A stretch of 64,000 bases of DNA from Ferruginibacter sp. Lineage in GTDB: Bacteria > Bacteroidota > Bacteroidia > Chitinophagales > Chitinophagaceae. The stretch spans positions 116,914 through 180,913 of the forward strand of contig CBDFHZ010000003.1 of assembly GCA_965247855.1 (NCBI GenBank), read 5' to 3'. The position numbers and the translations under genes are program-made. This document shows positions 19,325 through 29,040 of this stretch, piece by piece. Within the stretch, counting starts at the first letter, position 1. The number at the start of each line of letters is the position of its first letter. The notes beneath the pieces are model-generated. The model saw only the letters and a list, made by a program, of their open reading frames with translations, was not told the DNA's origin and did no database searches.

Positions 19325-20113
19325 TTACGCGATTTTATTGTAACTCACTGCAATTCCTTTTATAAGTGATGAACTAAAGCCGCGATGTTCCATTTCATTT
19401 AATCCTGCGATAGTGCAACCTTTTGGTGTGGTTACTTTATCGATCTCCTGTTCGGGATGAGTTTTATGTGTAAGTAATAATTCTGCGGCGCCTTTTACCG
19501 TTTGTGCAGCTATCAGGCTTGCAGTAGCTGCATCAAAACCAATCTCAATTCCGCCCTGAATATTCGCACGGATATACCTCATTGCATATGCTGTTCCGCA
19601 TGCGCCTAAAACTGTGGCCGCATTCATCAACTTTTCATCTATCTGTATCGCCTTTCCTAATGCGCCGAAAAGCGTTTCTGTAAATTTCTTCTGTTCATTT
19701 GTAGCGCCTGAAGAACTGAGGCATGTCATGCTTTCCTGAATAGCGATAGCAGTATTCGGCATTGCACGAAAAACGGCAGGACCATTACCCGTAATACTTC
19801 TTATCTCTTCAGAAGAAATACCGGTAACAACTGAAATCAGTATTTGCTTTTGTGTAATGCTGCCGTTGATTTCTTCCAGGATTTCTTTTATCTGGAAAGG
19901 TTTTATGGCAAGAATGACGACTTCACTTTCAGCAACAGCTTTTTTATTATCCGAGTGGATGTTCACACCCTGTTGTTTCAAAGCATCCAGCGTAAGAACA
20001 TTTCTTTTGGTTACAGTGATATCAGCCGCTGCGCAAAAATTACTTTTCAATAATCCTTCCGCCATTGCTGTGCCGAGGTTTCCTCCGCCGATGATCGCTA
20101 TTTTCTTTGACAT
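19325..20113 (-). CDS. proC: Pyrroline-5-carboxylate reductase
   Basis: 262 aa. N-terminal Rossmann motif IAIIGGGNLGTAMA and a C-terminal ProC signature region (VTTPKGCTIAGLNEMEHRGF). Confidence 0.93.
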   Translation of the reverse strand: MSKKIAIIGGGNLGTAMAEGLLKSNFCAAADITVTKRNVLTLDALKQQGVNIHSDNKKAVAESEVVILAIKPFQIKEILEEINGSITQKQILISVVTGISSEEIRSITGNGPAVFRAMPNTAIAIQESMTCLSSSGATNEQKKFTETLFGALGKAIQIDEKLMNAATVLGACGTAYAMRYIRANIQGGIEIGFDAATASLIAAQTVKGAAELLLTHKTHPEQEIDKVTTPKGCTIAGLNEMEHRGFSSSLIKGIAVSYNKIA

Positions 20114-20178
20114 TGTTGCTGTTTGTTAGCTGTGGAAATTATTCAGGTATCGAAGGAAACTTTATACTATCCAAAGGA

Positions 20179-22110
20179 TCAGGCTTCATTCTCCATCACT
20201 TTTTCAAACAAAACCTCATATTCTTTATTTGCAACGATCAGTTCATCACATACTTTTTTGTACGACGATTCCGTCTCGGCAAATTTTGCAGTGTTGCTGT
20301 AAATACCCGGTGTTCCCAAATCATTTTCCAATGACATTTTTTTCTTGTTAAGGTCAGAGATCTTTGTTTCAAGCTGAATGAATTGCTTTTTTACTTTTTC
20401 TGCTTCTTTCTTTGCATCGTTGTTCTGCGGTGCTTTTTCTTTTTTTATTTCGACCGGCTTTTCAACTTTCACTTCTGCTTTTTGTTCTTTCTTTTCAGCA
20501 GCTAAAGTTTTTTCGCGACGCTCTTTCCAGTCTTCCCATTCAGCATATGTTCCTTTGAATTCCCGGATCTTATGATCTTCGATCTCCCAGATCTTATTTG
20601 CGATGCGACTGATGAAATAACGATCGTGACTTACAAGTATGATGGTTCCTTCGTATTTATTCAGGGCCTGTACCAACAGATCCACTGAGTGAATATCAAG
20701 GTGATTCGTCGGTTCATCCAACATTAAGAAATTGGCTTTGCTCGCAATTGTTTTGGCCAGAGCCACACGTGCTTTTTCACCGCCGCTTAATACTTTAATC
20801 TTTTTATCAACCGCATCACCGCTAAATAAAAATGCACCCAGCAAGCTTCTCAACTCCAGATCATTCTTACCGCTACGTGCTTCCTGCATTTCTTCCACAA
20901 GATTATTCTCCGGATTCAACACTTCCAACTGATGCTGTGCATAAAATGATTCATCTACATTATGTCCCCACTCACGTTCGCCTTCAAATGATTCCGTTCC
21001 CACAACGATACGTAACAGTGTAGATTTACCCTTACCGTTTGCACCGATCAAAGCGATCTTATCATTACGATCGATCTCAGCACCGGTGTGTCTGAGGATC
21101 TCCGTTTCACCAAAACTTTTGCTTACATCTTTCAATGTAGCTACAACTTTACCCGGTGTTTTGTTCATGGTAAAATTGATATTCATATTCGGACGTTCGA
21201 TATTTACATCTTCGATGCGTTCAATTTTATCCAAACGCTTCACGATACTTTGTGCAGCGGCGGCTTTACTCGCTTTCGCTTTGAAACGCTCCACGAATCT
21301 TTCCTGCTGACGAATATAATCCTGCTGATTTTCGAAAGCTTTCTTCTGCATATCCACACGAATCTCTTTTTCCGTTTCGTAATACGTGTAATTACCCGTG
21401 TAAAAATGCAATTCTCGCTGATACAATTCAACTATTTTATTCACCATTCTGTCTAAGAAAAAACGATCATGGCTCACGATTACAACAGCGCCGGGGTAAT
21501 GGCTCAAATATTTTTCCAGCCATTCGATACTCGGAAGATCGAGGTGATTAGTCGGTTCATCCAACAGCAACACATCCGGATTCATCAGGATCATCTTTGC
21601 AAGAAGCACACGCATGCGCCAACCACCGCTGAAATTTTTATATTGTTTTCTGAGGTCCGCATTTTGAAAACCAAGACCCTGAAGAATTTCTTCCGTGCGA
21701 TGATGAATGCTGTAGCCGTCCAATACATCCATTTCGTGCAACAGATCCGCGTATTTTTCAGCGAGTTTTTCGTCGCCGGTCTTTTCCAATTCAATGCCTA
21801 CCAATTCCATTTCTTTCTCCACCTGCTTTACCCTTTCAAAAGCGCCCATCGCTACATCAAGGATAGAATCGTCTGTTTCAAAACCAAGCAGATCCTGATT
21901 AAGAAAACCGATCGTTGTTTCACGACCTTTTTCAACGGTTCCTTTTGCAGGGCTATATTGCCCCGTAAGCACTTTTAAAAGCGTAGATTTTCCCGTACCG
22001 TTGTAACCGATAAGGCCGATACGTTCGCCCGGCTGAATATGCCAGGTTGCTTCTTCTACAATCGTTCTTGCACCAAACTCAAAAGTCAGGTTTTGCATTC
22101 CTAATAACAT
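20179..22110 (-). CDS. ABC-F family ATPase (two ABC domains, no TM domain)
   Basis: 643 aa. Two Walker A motifs (GYNGTGKST, GANGKGKST), two signature motifs (FSGGWRMR, LSGGEKAR) and a K/E-rich coiled-coil C-terminus. Confidence 0.93.
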   Translation of the reverse strand: MLLGMQNLTFEFGARTIVEEATWHIQPGERIGLIGYNGTGKSTLLKVLTGQYSPAKGTVEKGRETTIGFLNQDLLGFETDDSILDVAMGAFERVKQVEKEMELVGIELEKTGDEKLAEKYADLLHEMDVLDGYSIHHRTEEILQGLGFQNADLRKQYKNFSGGWRMRVLLAKMILMNPDVLLLDEPTNHLDLPSIEWLEKYLSHYPGAVVIVSHDRFFLDRMVNKIVELYQRELHFYTGNYTYYETEKEIRVDMQKKAFENQQDYIRQQERFVERFKAKASKAAAAQSIVKRLDKIERIEDVNIERPNMNINFTMNKTPGKVVATLKDVSKSFGETEILRHTGAEIDRNDKIALIGANGKGKSTLLRIVVGTESFEGEREWGHNVDESFYAQHQLEVLNPENNLVEEMQEARSGKNDLELRSLLGAFLFSGDAVDKKIKVLSGGEKARVALAKTIASKANFLMLDEPTNHLDIHSVDLLVQALNKYEGTIILVSHDRYFISRIANKIWEIEDHKIREFKGTYAEWEDWKERREKTLAAEKKEQKAEVKVEKPVEIKKEKAPQNNDAKKEAEKVKKQFIQLETKISDLNKKKMSLENDLGTPGIYSNTAKFAETESSYKKVCDELIVANKEYEVLFEKVMENEA

Positions 22111-22297
22111 TGCTCAAAATTTTTGCAAAAGTAAGCTATAAGGCTGTAAAGATTTAGCTAAATGATCTGCGAACGGACTAAAAGTATCAAAAAGAAAACA
22201 AGGCAAAAAGATGGCGAAAAGGAGAATTGGTCAGGTTTGGGTAAACATAACTTCCCGGTTTTCTCTCTTATTACCCTTTGCTACACCCTTATTACTT

Positions 22298-22305
22298 TAC
22301 CTTTG
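22298..22305 (+). promoter_or_regulatory. Candidate -7 promoter box (TAccTTTG)
   Basis: Perfect TAnnTTTG, 16 nt upstream of the ATG at 22321. A related box, cttattaccctttgc, lies 20 nt further upstream. Confidence 0.45.
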
Positions 22306-22320
22306 CAAAAAAATAAATAC

Positions 22321-22935
22321 ATGGGAAAAAGAATATTCCTTTTTATCATTCTGCTTCTTGCGGCATTTGCGTTTTATTGGTTCGTATTTAAAAAGAAAAG
22401 CGGTCCCAAAGGCCCCCCGCCTGTGCCGATCGCATTGAAGAAACATTCTGCGGCTTTTAATACAAGTGTTGACAATATGGTAAGTGCTTACCTGGATATC
22501 AAGAATGCTTTTGTAGAATGGGATACTGCTGCGGCAAAAGCTACAACCGGAAATTTCATTTCAAAACTTGATAGCTTTCCGATTAATGAAATGAAGAAAG
22601 ATACCTCTTTGGTTTTTGCAACAATTCAGCAGAATCTTTCAGATATACGGGGAAGAGCTTTGGCTCTTTTGAAAGAAACGAATATTACAGATATGCGTCA
22701 TGATTTTAACGATATTACCAATCAGTTGTATCCGTCATTTTTCGTTACTGCTAACTATGAAGGAGCAAAATTATATTTCACAGAATGCCCGATGGCTTTT
22801 GATGATTCAGTTGCAGCCAATTGGCTGAGCAACAGCTCGGAAATTGTAAATCCTTATTTAGGTAAAAGTCATCCGAAATACCACTCAGGGATGCTGGGTT
22901 GCGGCGAAGTGAAGGATTCTGTGGTAGCGAAGTAG
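22321..22935 (+). CDS. DUF3347 domain protein
   Basis: Start moved to MGKRIFLFIILLLAAFAFYWF (TM anchor), directly after the -7 box. The C-terminal CPMAF..NWLSNSSEIVNPYLGKS..MLGCGEVK pattern is typical of DUF3347 (recognised from memory). Confidence 0.75.
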   Translation: MGKRIFLFIILLLAAFAFYWFVFKKKSGPKGPPPVPIALKKHSAAFNTSVDNMVSAYLDIKNAFVEWDTAAAKATTGNFISKLDSFPINEMKKDTSLVFATIQQNLSDIRGRALALLKETNITDMRHDFNDITNQLYPSFFVTANYEGAKLYFTECPMAFDDSVAANWLSNSSEIVNPYLGKSHPKYHSGMLGCGEVKDSVVAK

Positions 22936-23040
22936 TTTTTAGGAATTTGTAATTAGGAATTGGATGCACTTATCTTCTATTTGTACTAAGTTCCCTATTA
23001 CAGTATTATTGAAATCAGATTTGAAGTGGAAAATAATTAC

Positions 23041-25398
23041 ATGAAAAATATTATAACGTTAGTCGTAATATTTTTTATTTCAGTGTCTGCGCATGCGCAA
23101 AAGAAATTCACGCTTAGCGGTTATGTGAAAGATGCATCAAGCGATGAAACGATCATTGCGGCCAACATCCTGGTACAAGCGAAATCGACGGCCGTAATTA
23201 GTAATCAGTACGGATTTTATTCGCTAACGCTGCCGCCCGGAAAATATCAACTCATCACTTCTCATATCGGTTACAAACCGGGCGTGATCGATCTAAATCT
23301 TATGTCGGATACATCTTTTAATATTTCCCTGATCAACGCAACCGCACTTTCGGAAGCAGTGACCGTGGTAGCTACAAAACGGGAGAGCAACGTGAAGTCG
23401 GCGCAAATGGGCCGTGTTACTTTACCGATCGAGCAGATCAAAGCCGTTCCTGCATTTCTGGGAGAAGTAGACTTGTTAAAAGTTGTACAGCTTTTGCCCG
23501 GAGTACGTAATGCCGGTGAAGGCAGCGCAGGGATCTATGTGCGTGGCGGCGGCCCCGATCAAAATCTCATCATGCTGGATGATGCCGTGGTGTACAATAC
23601 CGGACATCTGTTCGGCTTCTTTTCAATTTTTAATGCAGACGCAATAAAGAATGTGTCGCTTATAAAAGGTGGTATGCCGGCGCAATACGGCGGCAGATTA
23701 TCGAGTGTATTGGATGTGAGCATGAAGGAAGGCAACAACCAAAAATACCAGTTCGAAGGCGGCATCGGTTTGATCGCATCAAGGTTTTCCGTGCAGGGGC
23801 CGATCAAAAAAAATAAATCTTCCTTTATCGTTTCGGCAAGACGAACTTATATCGATGGCCTGATTAAGCCTTTTGTGAAAAAGTCAAGCCAGTTCTACGG
23901 TTCAGGGTATTATTTTTATGATCTCAATGCGAAGATCAATTACAAATTCAGCGAAAAAGACAGAGTATATGCAAGCGGATATTTCGGCAGAGATGTATTT
24001 GATTTCAATAATTCACGGCAAAGTTTGCAGGTAAATATTCCCTGGGGAAATGCTACCGGAACGTTAAGGTGGAACCACGTTTTCAACAATCGATTGTTTG
24101 CAAATACAACCGGCGTGTACAATGATTATCATTTCACCTTTAGCGGAGCGCAAAATAATTTTCAGATCAAATTGGCCTCAGGTATCAGAGATGTGAGTTT
24201 GAAACAGGATTACGATTATTATCCGGCTTCTTCACACAAAATAAAATTCGGCTGGTTGTATACTTATCATCGGTTTAAACCTTCAGTTGTAAGCGGTAAG
24301 CAGGATTCAACAGTATTTGAACCACAGAACGCACAGGTGAAATTTGCGCATGAAGGAGCGATCTATGTGCAAGATGATTGGGATATTTCAAAGAAAATAA
24401 AAGTGAATGCAGGACTGCGTTACAGTTTGTTTCAGCAAATAGGAAAATATAAATTATACCGGGCTGATGTTTTCGGGAACAGGACGGACAGTACAGTTTT
24501 CAAAGCAGGAGAACCTGTAAAAACTTACAGCGGTTTTGAACCGAGACTTACTGTAAGATATGATTTGGATGAACATACATCTGTAAAAGGATCTGTAACG
24601 AGAAATCTGCAATACATTCACCTCGTAAGCAATTCGGGCACTACATTACCGACTGACCTTTGGGTGCCGAGTACGTACAAAGTAAAACCGCAACTGAGTT
24701 GGTTATACGCCGCAGGTTTGTTTAAGAATTTTAAAGAAAATATGTACGAAACATCGATCGAAGTCTATTACAAAAAAATGGACAATCAAATCGAATATCG
24801 TGATGGTTATATTCCAAGCACGCTCAACGATACGGAAGATGATTTTACCTTCGGTAAAGGCCGGAGTTACGGGAGCGAATTATTCATCAACAAGACAAAA
24901 GGAAAATTCACCGGCTGGATAGGATACACGCTTAGCTGGACATGGCGCAAATTTCCGAATTTGAATAACGGCAAAGAATATCCGGCGAAATACGATCGCA
25001 GAAATGACATGAGTATCGTTGGAATATATACGTTGAATAAAAAATGGAAATTCTCCGCGACATTTGTATATGGAACGGGAAACGCTGCAACACTGCCGCA
25101 ACGTTTTTACATCGTGGGCGGTGTGCTCACACAGGAATACAGCAACATCAATCAATATCGTTTGCCATCCTATCATCGCCTCGATCTTGCAGCGATCTTA
25201 ATGCCGAAAAGATCAGCGGAAAGGAAATTTAAAACAGAGTGGGTATTCAGCATTTACAATGCATACAGCCGGCAAAATCCTTATTTCATTTATTACGATC
25301 AAACCGGAAGCCCTTACAACGGCACGTTGAAGGTGCAGGCAAAACAAGTTTCTTTGTTCCCGATCATTCCTGCGGTTACCTGGAACTTTAAATTTTAG
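23041..25398 (+). CDS. TonB-dependent receptor with N-terminal carboxypeptidase-regulatory-like domain
   Basis: ATG at 23041 gives signal peptide MKNIITLVVIFFISVSAHAQ. It has a CarboxypepD_reg-like segment (FTLSGYVKDASSDETIIAANILV), a plug domain, and a beta-barrel ending in the aromatic terminal residue (..VTWNFKF). Confidence 0.9.
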   Translation: MKNIITLVVIFFISVSAHAQKKFTLSGYVKDASSDETIIAANILVQAKSTAVISNQYGFYSLTLPPGKYQLITSHIGYKPGVIDLNLMSDTSFNISLINATALSEAVTVVATKRESNVKSAQMGRVTLPIEQIKAVPAFLGEVDLLKVVQLLPGVRNAGEGSAGIYVRGGGPDQNLIMLDDAVVYNTGHLFGFFSIFNADAIKNVSLIKGGMPAQYGGRLSSVLDVSMKEGNNQKYQFEGGIGLIASRFSVQGPIKKNKSSFIVSARRTYIDGLIKPFVKKSSQFYGSGYYFYDLNAKINYKFSEKDRVYASGYFGRDVFDFNNSRQSLQVNIPWGNATGTLRWNHVFNNRLFANTTGVYNDYHFTFSGAQNNFQIKLASGIRDVSLKQDYDYYPASSHKIKFGWLYTYHRFKPSVVSGKQDSTVFEPQNAQVKFAHEGAIYVQDDWDISKKIKVNAGLRYSLFQQIGKYKLYRADVFGNRTDSTVFKAGEPVKTYSGFEPRLTVRYDLDEHTSVKGSVTRNLQYIHLVSNSGTTLPTDLWVPSTYKVKPQLSWLYAAGLFKNFKENMYETSIEVYYKKMDNQIEYRDGYIPSTLNDTEDDFTFGKGRSYGSELFINKTKGKFTGWIGYTLSWTWRKFPNLNNGKEYPAKYDRRNDMSIVGIYTLNKKWKFSATFVYGTGNAATLPQRFYIVGGVLTQEYSNINQYRLPSYHRLDLAAILMPKRSAERKFKTEWVFSIYNAYSRQNPYFIYYDQTGSPYNGTLKVQAKQVSLFPIIPAVTWNFKF

Positions 25399-25525
25399 AG
25401 ACGATCCTGCGTTTTACTATTATGTCATGCTTCAATATCAATACCGGCCACTGTCGGATAAATGATTATTTTTGGCGGATAGGTAAACAGTATTCTTTAC
25501 ATAAATTCTGCATAAAAAACATACG

Positions 25526-26689
25526 ATGGCTGATATACTGATAATAGATGATGAGAAAGCAATTCGTAAAACACTTTCAGAGATCCTTGGATTTGAAGGT
25601 TATGCGATAGATGAAGCCGGAGATGGCGAAGAAGGTCTGAAAAAATTCGGACAAAAAAATTACGACGTTGTTCTTTGCGATATTAAAATGCCGAAGCTGG
25701 ACGGAATAGAATTTTTAGAAAAAGCAAAGGCTATCAATGCAGATGTTCCGATCATTATGATCAGCGGCCACGGTAATATTGATACAGCTGTGGATGCGGT
25801 AAAAAAAGGTGCGTTCGATTACATCAGCAAGCCGCCGGATCTCAACAGATTGCTCATCACATTGCGTAATGCAACGGATCGTACAAAGCTTACAGCAGAA
25901 ACAAAAACTTTGAAGCGTAAGGTGAATAAAATGGTAGAAATGGTGGGAGAGAGTGCACCGATCCAAAAAATAAAACACACGATAGAAAAAGTGGCGCCTA
26001 CTGATGCAAGAGTACTCATTACCGGCGAGAATGGCGTGGGTAAGGAATTGGTAGCAAGAGGCATCCATGAAAAAAGCAACCGCAACGCGGGTCCGATGGT
26101 GGAAGTAAATTGCGCTGCAATTCCCGGCGAACTCATCGAGAGTGAATTGTTCGGTCATGAAAAAGGTTCATTTACCTCTGCAATAAAACAGCGCATCGGA
26201 AAATTTGAACAGGCAAGCGGGGGTACATTGTTTCTGGACGAGATCGGAGACATGAGTCTGAGTGCTCAGGCGAAAGTATTGCGTGCTTTGCAGGAAGGAA
26301 AAATAACAAGAGTGGGCGCTGATAAAGATATCAGTGTTGATGTGCGTGTGATAGCTGCTACAAATAAGGACCTGCTTAAAGAAGTGGATGATAAATTATT
26401 CCGCCTGGATCTTTACCATCGCCTCGGCGTGATCATCATTCACGTGCCGTCGCTTAATGAAAGAAAGGACGACATTCCGTTGCTGGTTGATTTTTTTGTA
26501 AAAAACATTGCTGCGGAATATGGTCAGCCGAAAAAAACGCTTGATAAAGCCGCCATGGATGCTTTGAAAGATCATAACTGGACGGGGAATATCCGTGAGC
26601 TGCGCAATGTAGTGGAAAGGCTTATCATCATGAGCGGAAAAAGCATTACCGCAGATGACGTAAAAACTTACGTGAATAATACGTTGTAA
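25526..26689 (+). CDS. Sigma-54-dependent response regulator (receiver + AAA+ domain, no DNA-binding domain)
   Basis: 387 aa. Receiver domain ([21 protein letters not shown]), Walker A GENGVGKE, Walker B LFLDEIGD, sigma-54 contact loop [13 protein letters not shown]. The protein ends right after [12 protein letters not shown], with no HTH. Confidence 0.9.
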   Translation: MADILIIDDEKAIRKTLSEILGFEGYAIDEAGDGEEGLKKFGQKNYDVVLCDIKMPKLDGIEFLEKAKAINADVPIIMISGHGNIDTAVDAVKKGAFDYISKPPDLNRLLITLRNATDRTKLTAETKTLKRKVNKMVEMVGESAPIQKIKHTIEKVAPTDARVLITGENGVGKELVARGIHEKSNRNAGPMVEVNCAAIPGELIESELFGHEKGSFTSAIKQRIGKFEQASGGTLFLDEIGDMSLSAQAKVLRALQEGKITRVGADKDISVDVRVIAATNKDLLKEVDDKLFRLDLYHRLGVIIIHVPSLNERKDDIPLLVDFFVKNIAAEYGQPKKTLDKAAMDALKDHNWTGNIRELRNVVERLIIMSGKSITADDVKTYVNNTL

Positions 26690-26761
26690 TCCTTATTCAG
26701 CATCGATTTGTTTGCGTTTTTACTTAAATGTTAAAACTTTTCATATCTGATTTTCTAATAT

Positions 26762-26769
26762 TATTTTTG
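26762..26769 (+). promoter_or_regulatory. Candidate -7 promoter box (TAttTTTG) for lepB
   Basis: Perfect TAnnTTTG, 21 nt upstream of the ATG at 26790. Confidence 0.45.
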
Positions 26770-26789
26770 AGCCCTTTAAAACTGAATTT

Positions 26790-28331
26790 ATGAGTATTGG
26801 CTGGATCGTTTTTATTATAGCCGTGATTGGATGGCATGTGGGTATGTACGGAATGTTTAAAAAGGCGGGTATTACGCCGTGGAAAGCGTTGATCCCATTG
26901 TACAATACCTGGTGCATGGTTGAAAAAATGGAGCTTAAAAAGATCTGGTTCTTTTTACAACTTATCCCGGTTGCGGGACAATTCATCACGATCTGGATCA
27001 CGATAAAATTTGTGGAGTTTTTCGGAAGATTTGGTGTGTTGCATCATGCAGCTGCGGTATTTATCCCGTTCATTTATTTTCCTTACCTCGGTTTTTCAAA
27101 GAATGAAAGATTTGCGGGCAAAAGAGTAGTGGATAATTATAAAAAATCTGCGGCACGTGAATGGATAGATGCTGCAGCATTTGCAGTGGTGGCGGCAACA
27201 TTGATCCGCACATTTGTTTTTGAAGCGTATACTATCCCTTCTCCGTCAATGGAAAAAACATTGCTGGTAAATGATTTTCTTTTCGTGAGTAAATTCAGTT
27301 ACGGCCCGCGCATTCCGAACACACCGATCGCAATGCCTTTTGTGCACCATACCATGCCTTTCGGAAATGCAAAATCATATTCCGAATTAATCTATATTCC
27401 TTACACACGTTGGTTTGCAAGTGCTGTAAAGCGCAATGATGTGGTCGTTTTTAATTTTCCGGTGAATGATACGTTGATCAATGACGCGGCGCAACAATTC
27501 GGCAGTCAAACAACCTACTATCACGAGGTTAGAAGAATCGGGCGTGCACAGGTTTGGGCAGATCACGCGGACGAGATCATTACAAGACCCGTAGATAAAA
27601 GAGAGAATTTTATTAAAAGATGTGTCGGAGTTGCGGGTGATGTGATACAGGTGGTTGACGGTAAAGTGATGGTAAACGGACAGCAACAACCCACGTTTCC
27701 CGAAGTGCAGCGTTACTACAATGTTACAGGTCCTGCGGGCAGTTATTTAACTCCTGAAATATTGGAAAATTATGGAATTCACGTGCGTGAAAGTCAGGGC
27801 GATCTGTTGCAATCAAAGATCACTCCCAACACATGGAAAGTGAATATTACTAATTCGGAATATCCTGATGCCAAAGCAAAAATGGCAACAGCGCCTTTTA
27901 AGCTTTCTGATTATATCGTAAAGTACAACACCTACGATGATCAGTTTCCTGCGAATGACCTGTTCCCGTATTATGATACGATCCACCAATGGAGCGTAGA
28001 TAATTACGGGCCGGTTACGATCCCCCGAAAAGGAAGCACCATCCAACTTACGCCTGATAATGTTGTCCGTTATCAACGTTGTATTGAAACCTACGAGGGC
28101 AATACATTTGCAAATAACAACGGACAGATATCGATCAACGGTAAGCCTGCAACTTCTTACACATTCAAAATGGATTATTATTGGATGATGGGGGATAATC
28201 GCCACAACTCACTGGATAGCCGATATTGGGGCTTTGTGCCCGAAGATCATGTGGTAGGGAAAGCTTCGTTGATCTGGTTCAGCTGGGAAGGCGGACCAAG
28301 GTGGAAACGCATATTTAACACTATCAAATAA
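26790..28331 (+). CDS. lepB: Signal peptidase I with N-terminal DUF5684-like membrane domain
   Basis: 513 aa. Catalytic Ser box IPSPSMEKTL, Lys box region, and GDNRHNSLDSRYWGFVP. The first ~105 aa form a separate 3-TM module. Confidence 0.92.
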   Translation: MSIGWIVFIIAVIGWHVGMYGMFKKAGITPWKALIPLYNTWCMVEKMELKKIWFFLQLIPVAGQFITIWITIKFVEFFGRFGVLHHAAAVFIPFIYFPYLGFSKNERFAGKRVVDNYKKSAAREWIDAAAFAVVAATLIRTFVFEAYTIPSPSMEKTLLVNDFLFVSKFSYGPRIPNTPIAMPFVHHTMPFGNAKSYSELIYIPYTRWFASAVKRNDVVVFNFPVNDTLINDAAQQFGSQTTYYHEVRRIGRAQVWADHADEIITRPVDKRENFIKRCVGVAGDVIQVVDGKVMVNGQQQPTFPEVQRYYNVTGPAGSYLTPEILENYGIHVRESQGDLLQSKITPNTWKVNITNSEYPDAKAKMATAPFKLSDYIVKYNTYDDQFPANDLFPYYDTIHQWSVDNYGPVTIPRKGSTIQLTPDNVVRYQRCIETYEGNTFANNNGQISINGKPATSYTFKMDYYWMMGDNRHNSLDSRYWGFVPEDHVVGKASLIWFSWEGGPRWKRIFNTIK

Positions 28332-28371
28332 TTTTTTCAGGAATATATTCCTAACTTCCGTTTAATAATCT

Positions 28372-28403
28372 TCCTCCCGGCTTAGTAGTCGGGAGGATTT
28401 TTT
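28372..28403 (+). terminator. Rho-independent terminator of lepB
   Basis: Stem tcctcccg/cgggagga with a 10-nt loop, followed by tttttt. Confidence 0.85.
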
Positions 28404-28464
28404 ATCTGAAGGCGGCTCACACCGGCAAAGGGGTTTAAAGAAATGATCACCATTAAAAAGCTAC

Positions 28465-28956
28465 ATGGAACAACAATACAATTTCAACTACAAAGTATAT
28501 GATGATATCACTGAGTTGGCAAAAGAAGACGCCGGTTTACTCGAAGAAGCTCGCCGGATAACACAAAAAGCATATGCACCTTACAGTAACTTTCTGGTAG
28601 GGGCGGCGGCGAGTTTTAATAACGGAGAAAAGATCTACGGAACAAATCAGGAGAATGCTTCTTATCCCGTTGGGATCTGTGCTGAGCGTGTATTGCTTGC
28701 TTCAGCGTCGATGTTGCAAACTGATGAGCCGATAAAAACAATGGCGATCAGCTACAATAATATTGCCGGCAGAGGAGAGAAAAGTGATCATCCCGTATCG
28801 CCATGCGGCATGTGCCGTCAGGCCCTTGCGGAATATGAGGATCGCGTGAAACAACCTATCCGACTGATACTTTCGGGGATGGAAGGAAAAGTGATGCTGA
28901 TAGAAAGCGCTGCGCAATTATTGCCGTTCTCATTCGGCAGCAGTGATCTTAAATAA
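28465..28956 (+). CDS. cdd: Cytidine deaminase
   Basis: 163 aa. Zinc-binding motifs CAERV and PCGMCRQ. Confidence 0.9.
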   Translation: MEQQYNFNYKVYDDITELAKEDAGLLEEARRITQKAYAPYSNFLVGAAASFNNGEKIYGTNQENASYPVGICAERVLLASASMLQTDEPIKTMAISYNNIAGRGEKSDHPVSPCGMCRQALAEYEDRVKQPIRLILSGMEGKVMLIESAAQLLPFSFGSSDLK

Positions 28957-29040
28957 TTTGGAAATGAATCGATTTGGAGATTTGAAAATGAAAATGCAGT
29001 TCCTTTATGGCGGACTTCACATCTCCAAATTTCCAAATCA
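28955..29040. repeat. Intergenic inverted-repeat element, copy A (GATTTGGAAATTTGGAGATG family)
   Basis: The right arm 29020-29039 is the exact reverse complement of the 20-mer at 42478-42497. The left arm 28956-28990 (atttggaaat..gatttggagatttgaaaatg) pairs with it. The element fills the cdd/csaA convergent spacer. Confidence 0.8.

Noticed and set aside
21088-21978. 122-aa and 169-aa plus-strand ORFs.
   Set aside because: They are antisense to the intact ABC-F ATPase gene and have no independent signals.
22162-22320. 53-aa N-terminal extension of the DUF3347 ORF (and ORF 22211-22438).
   Set aside because: The extension covers the candidate promoter boxes. The ATG at 22321 gives a normal TM anchor directly downstream of a TAnnTTTG box.
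22940-23020. Possible fourth copy of the inverted-repeat family (taggaatttgtaattaggaattgg ... agttccctattacag).
   Set aside because: It forms an imperfect hairpin from similar-looking short words but lacks the TTTGGAGAT core and the shared 20-mer. I treat it as an unrelated or too-diverged terminator-like hairpin.
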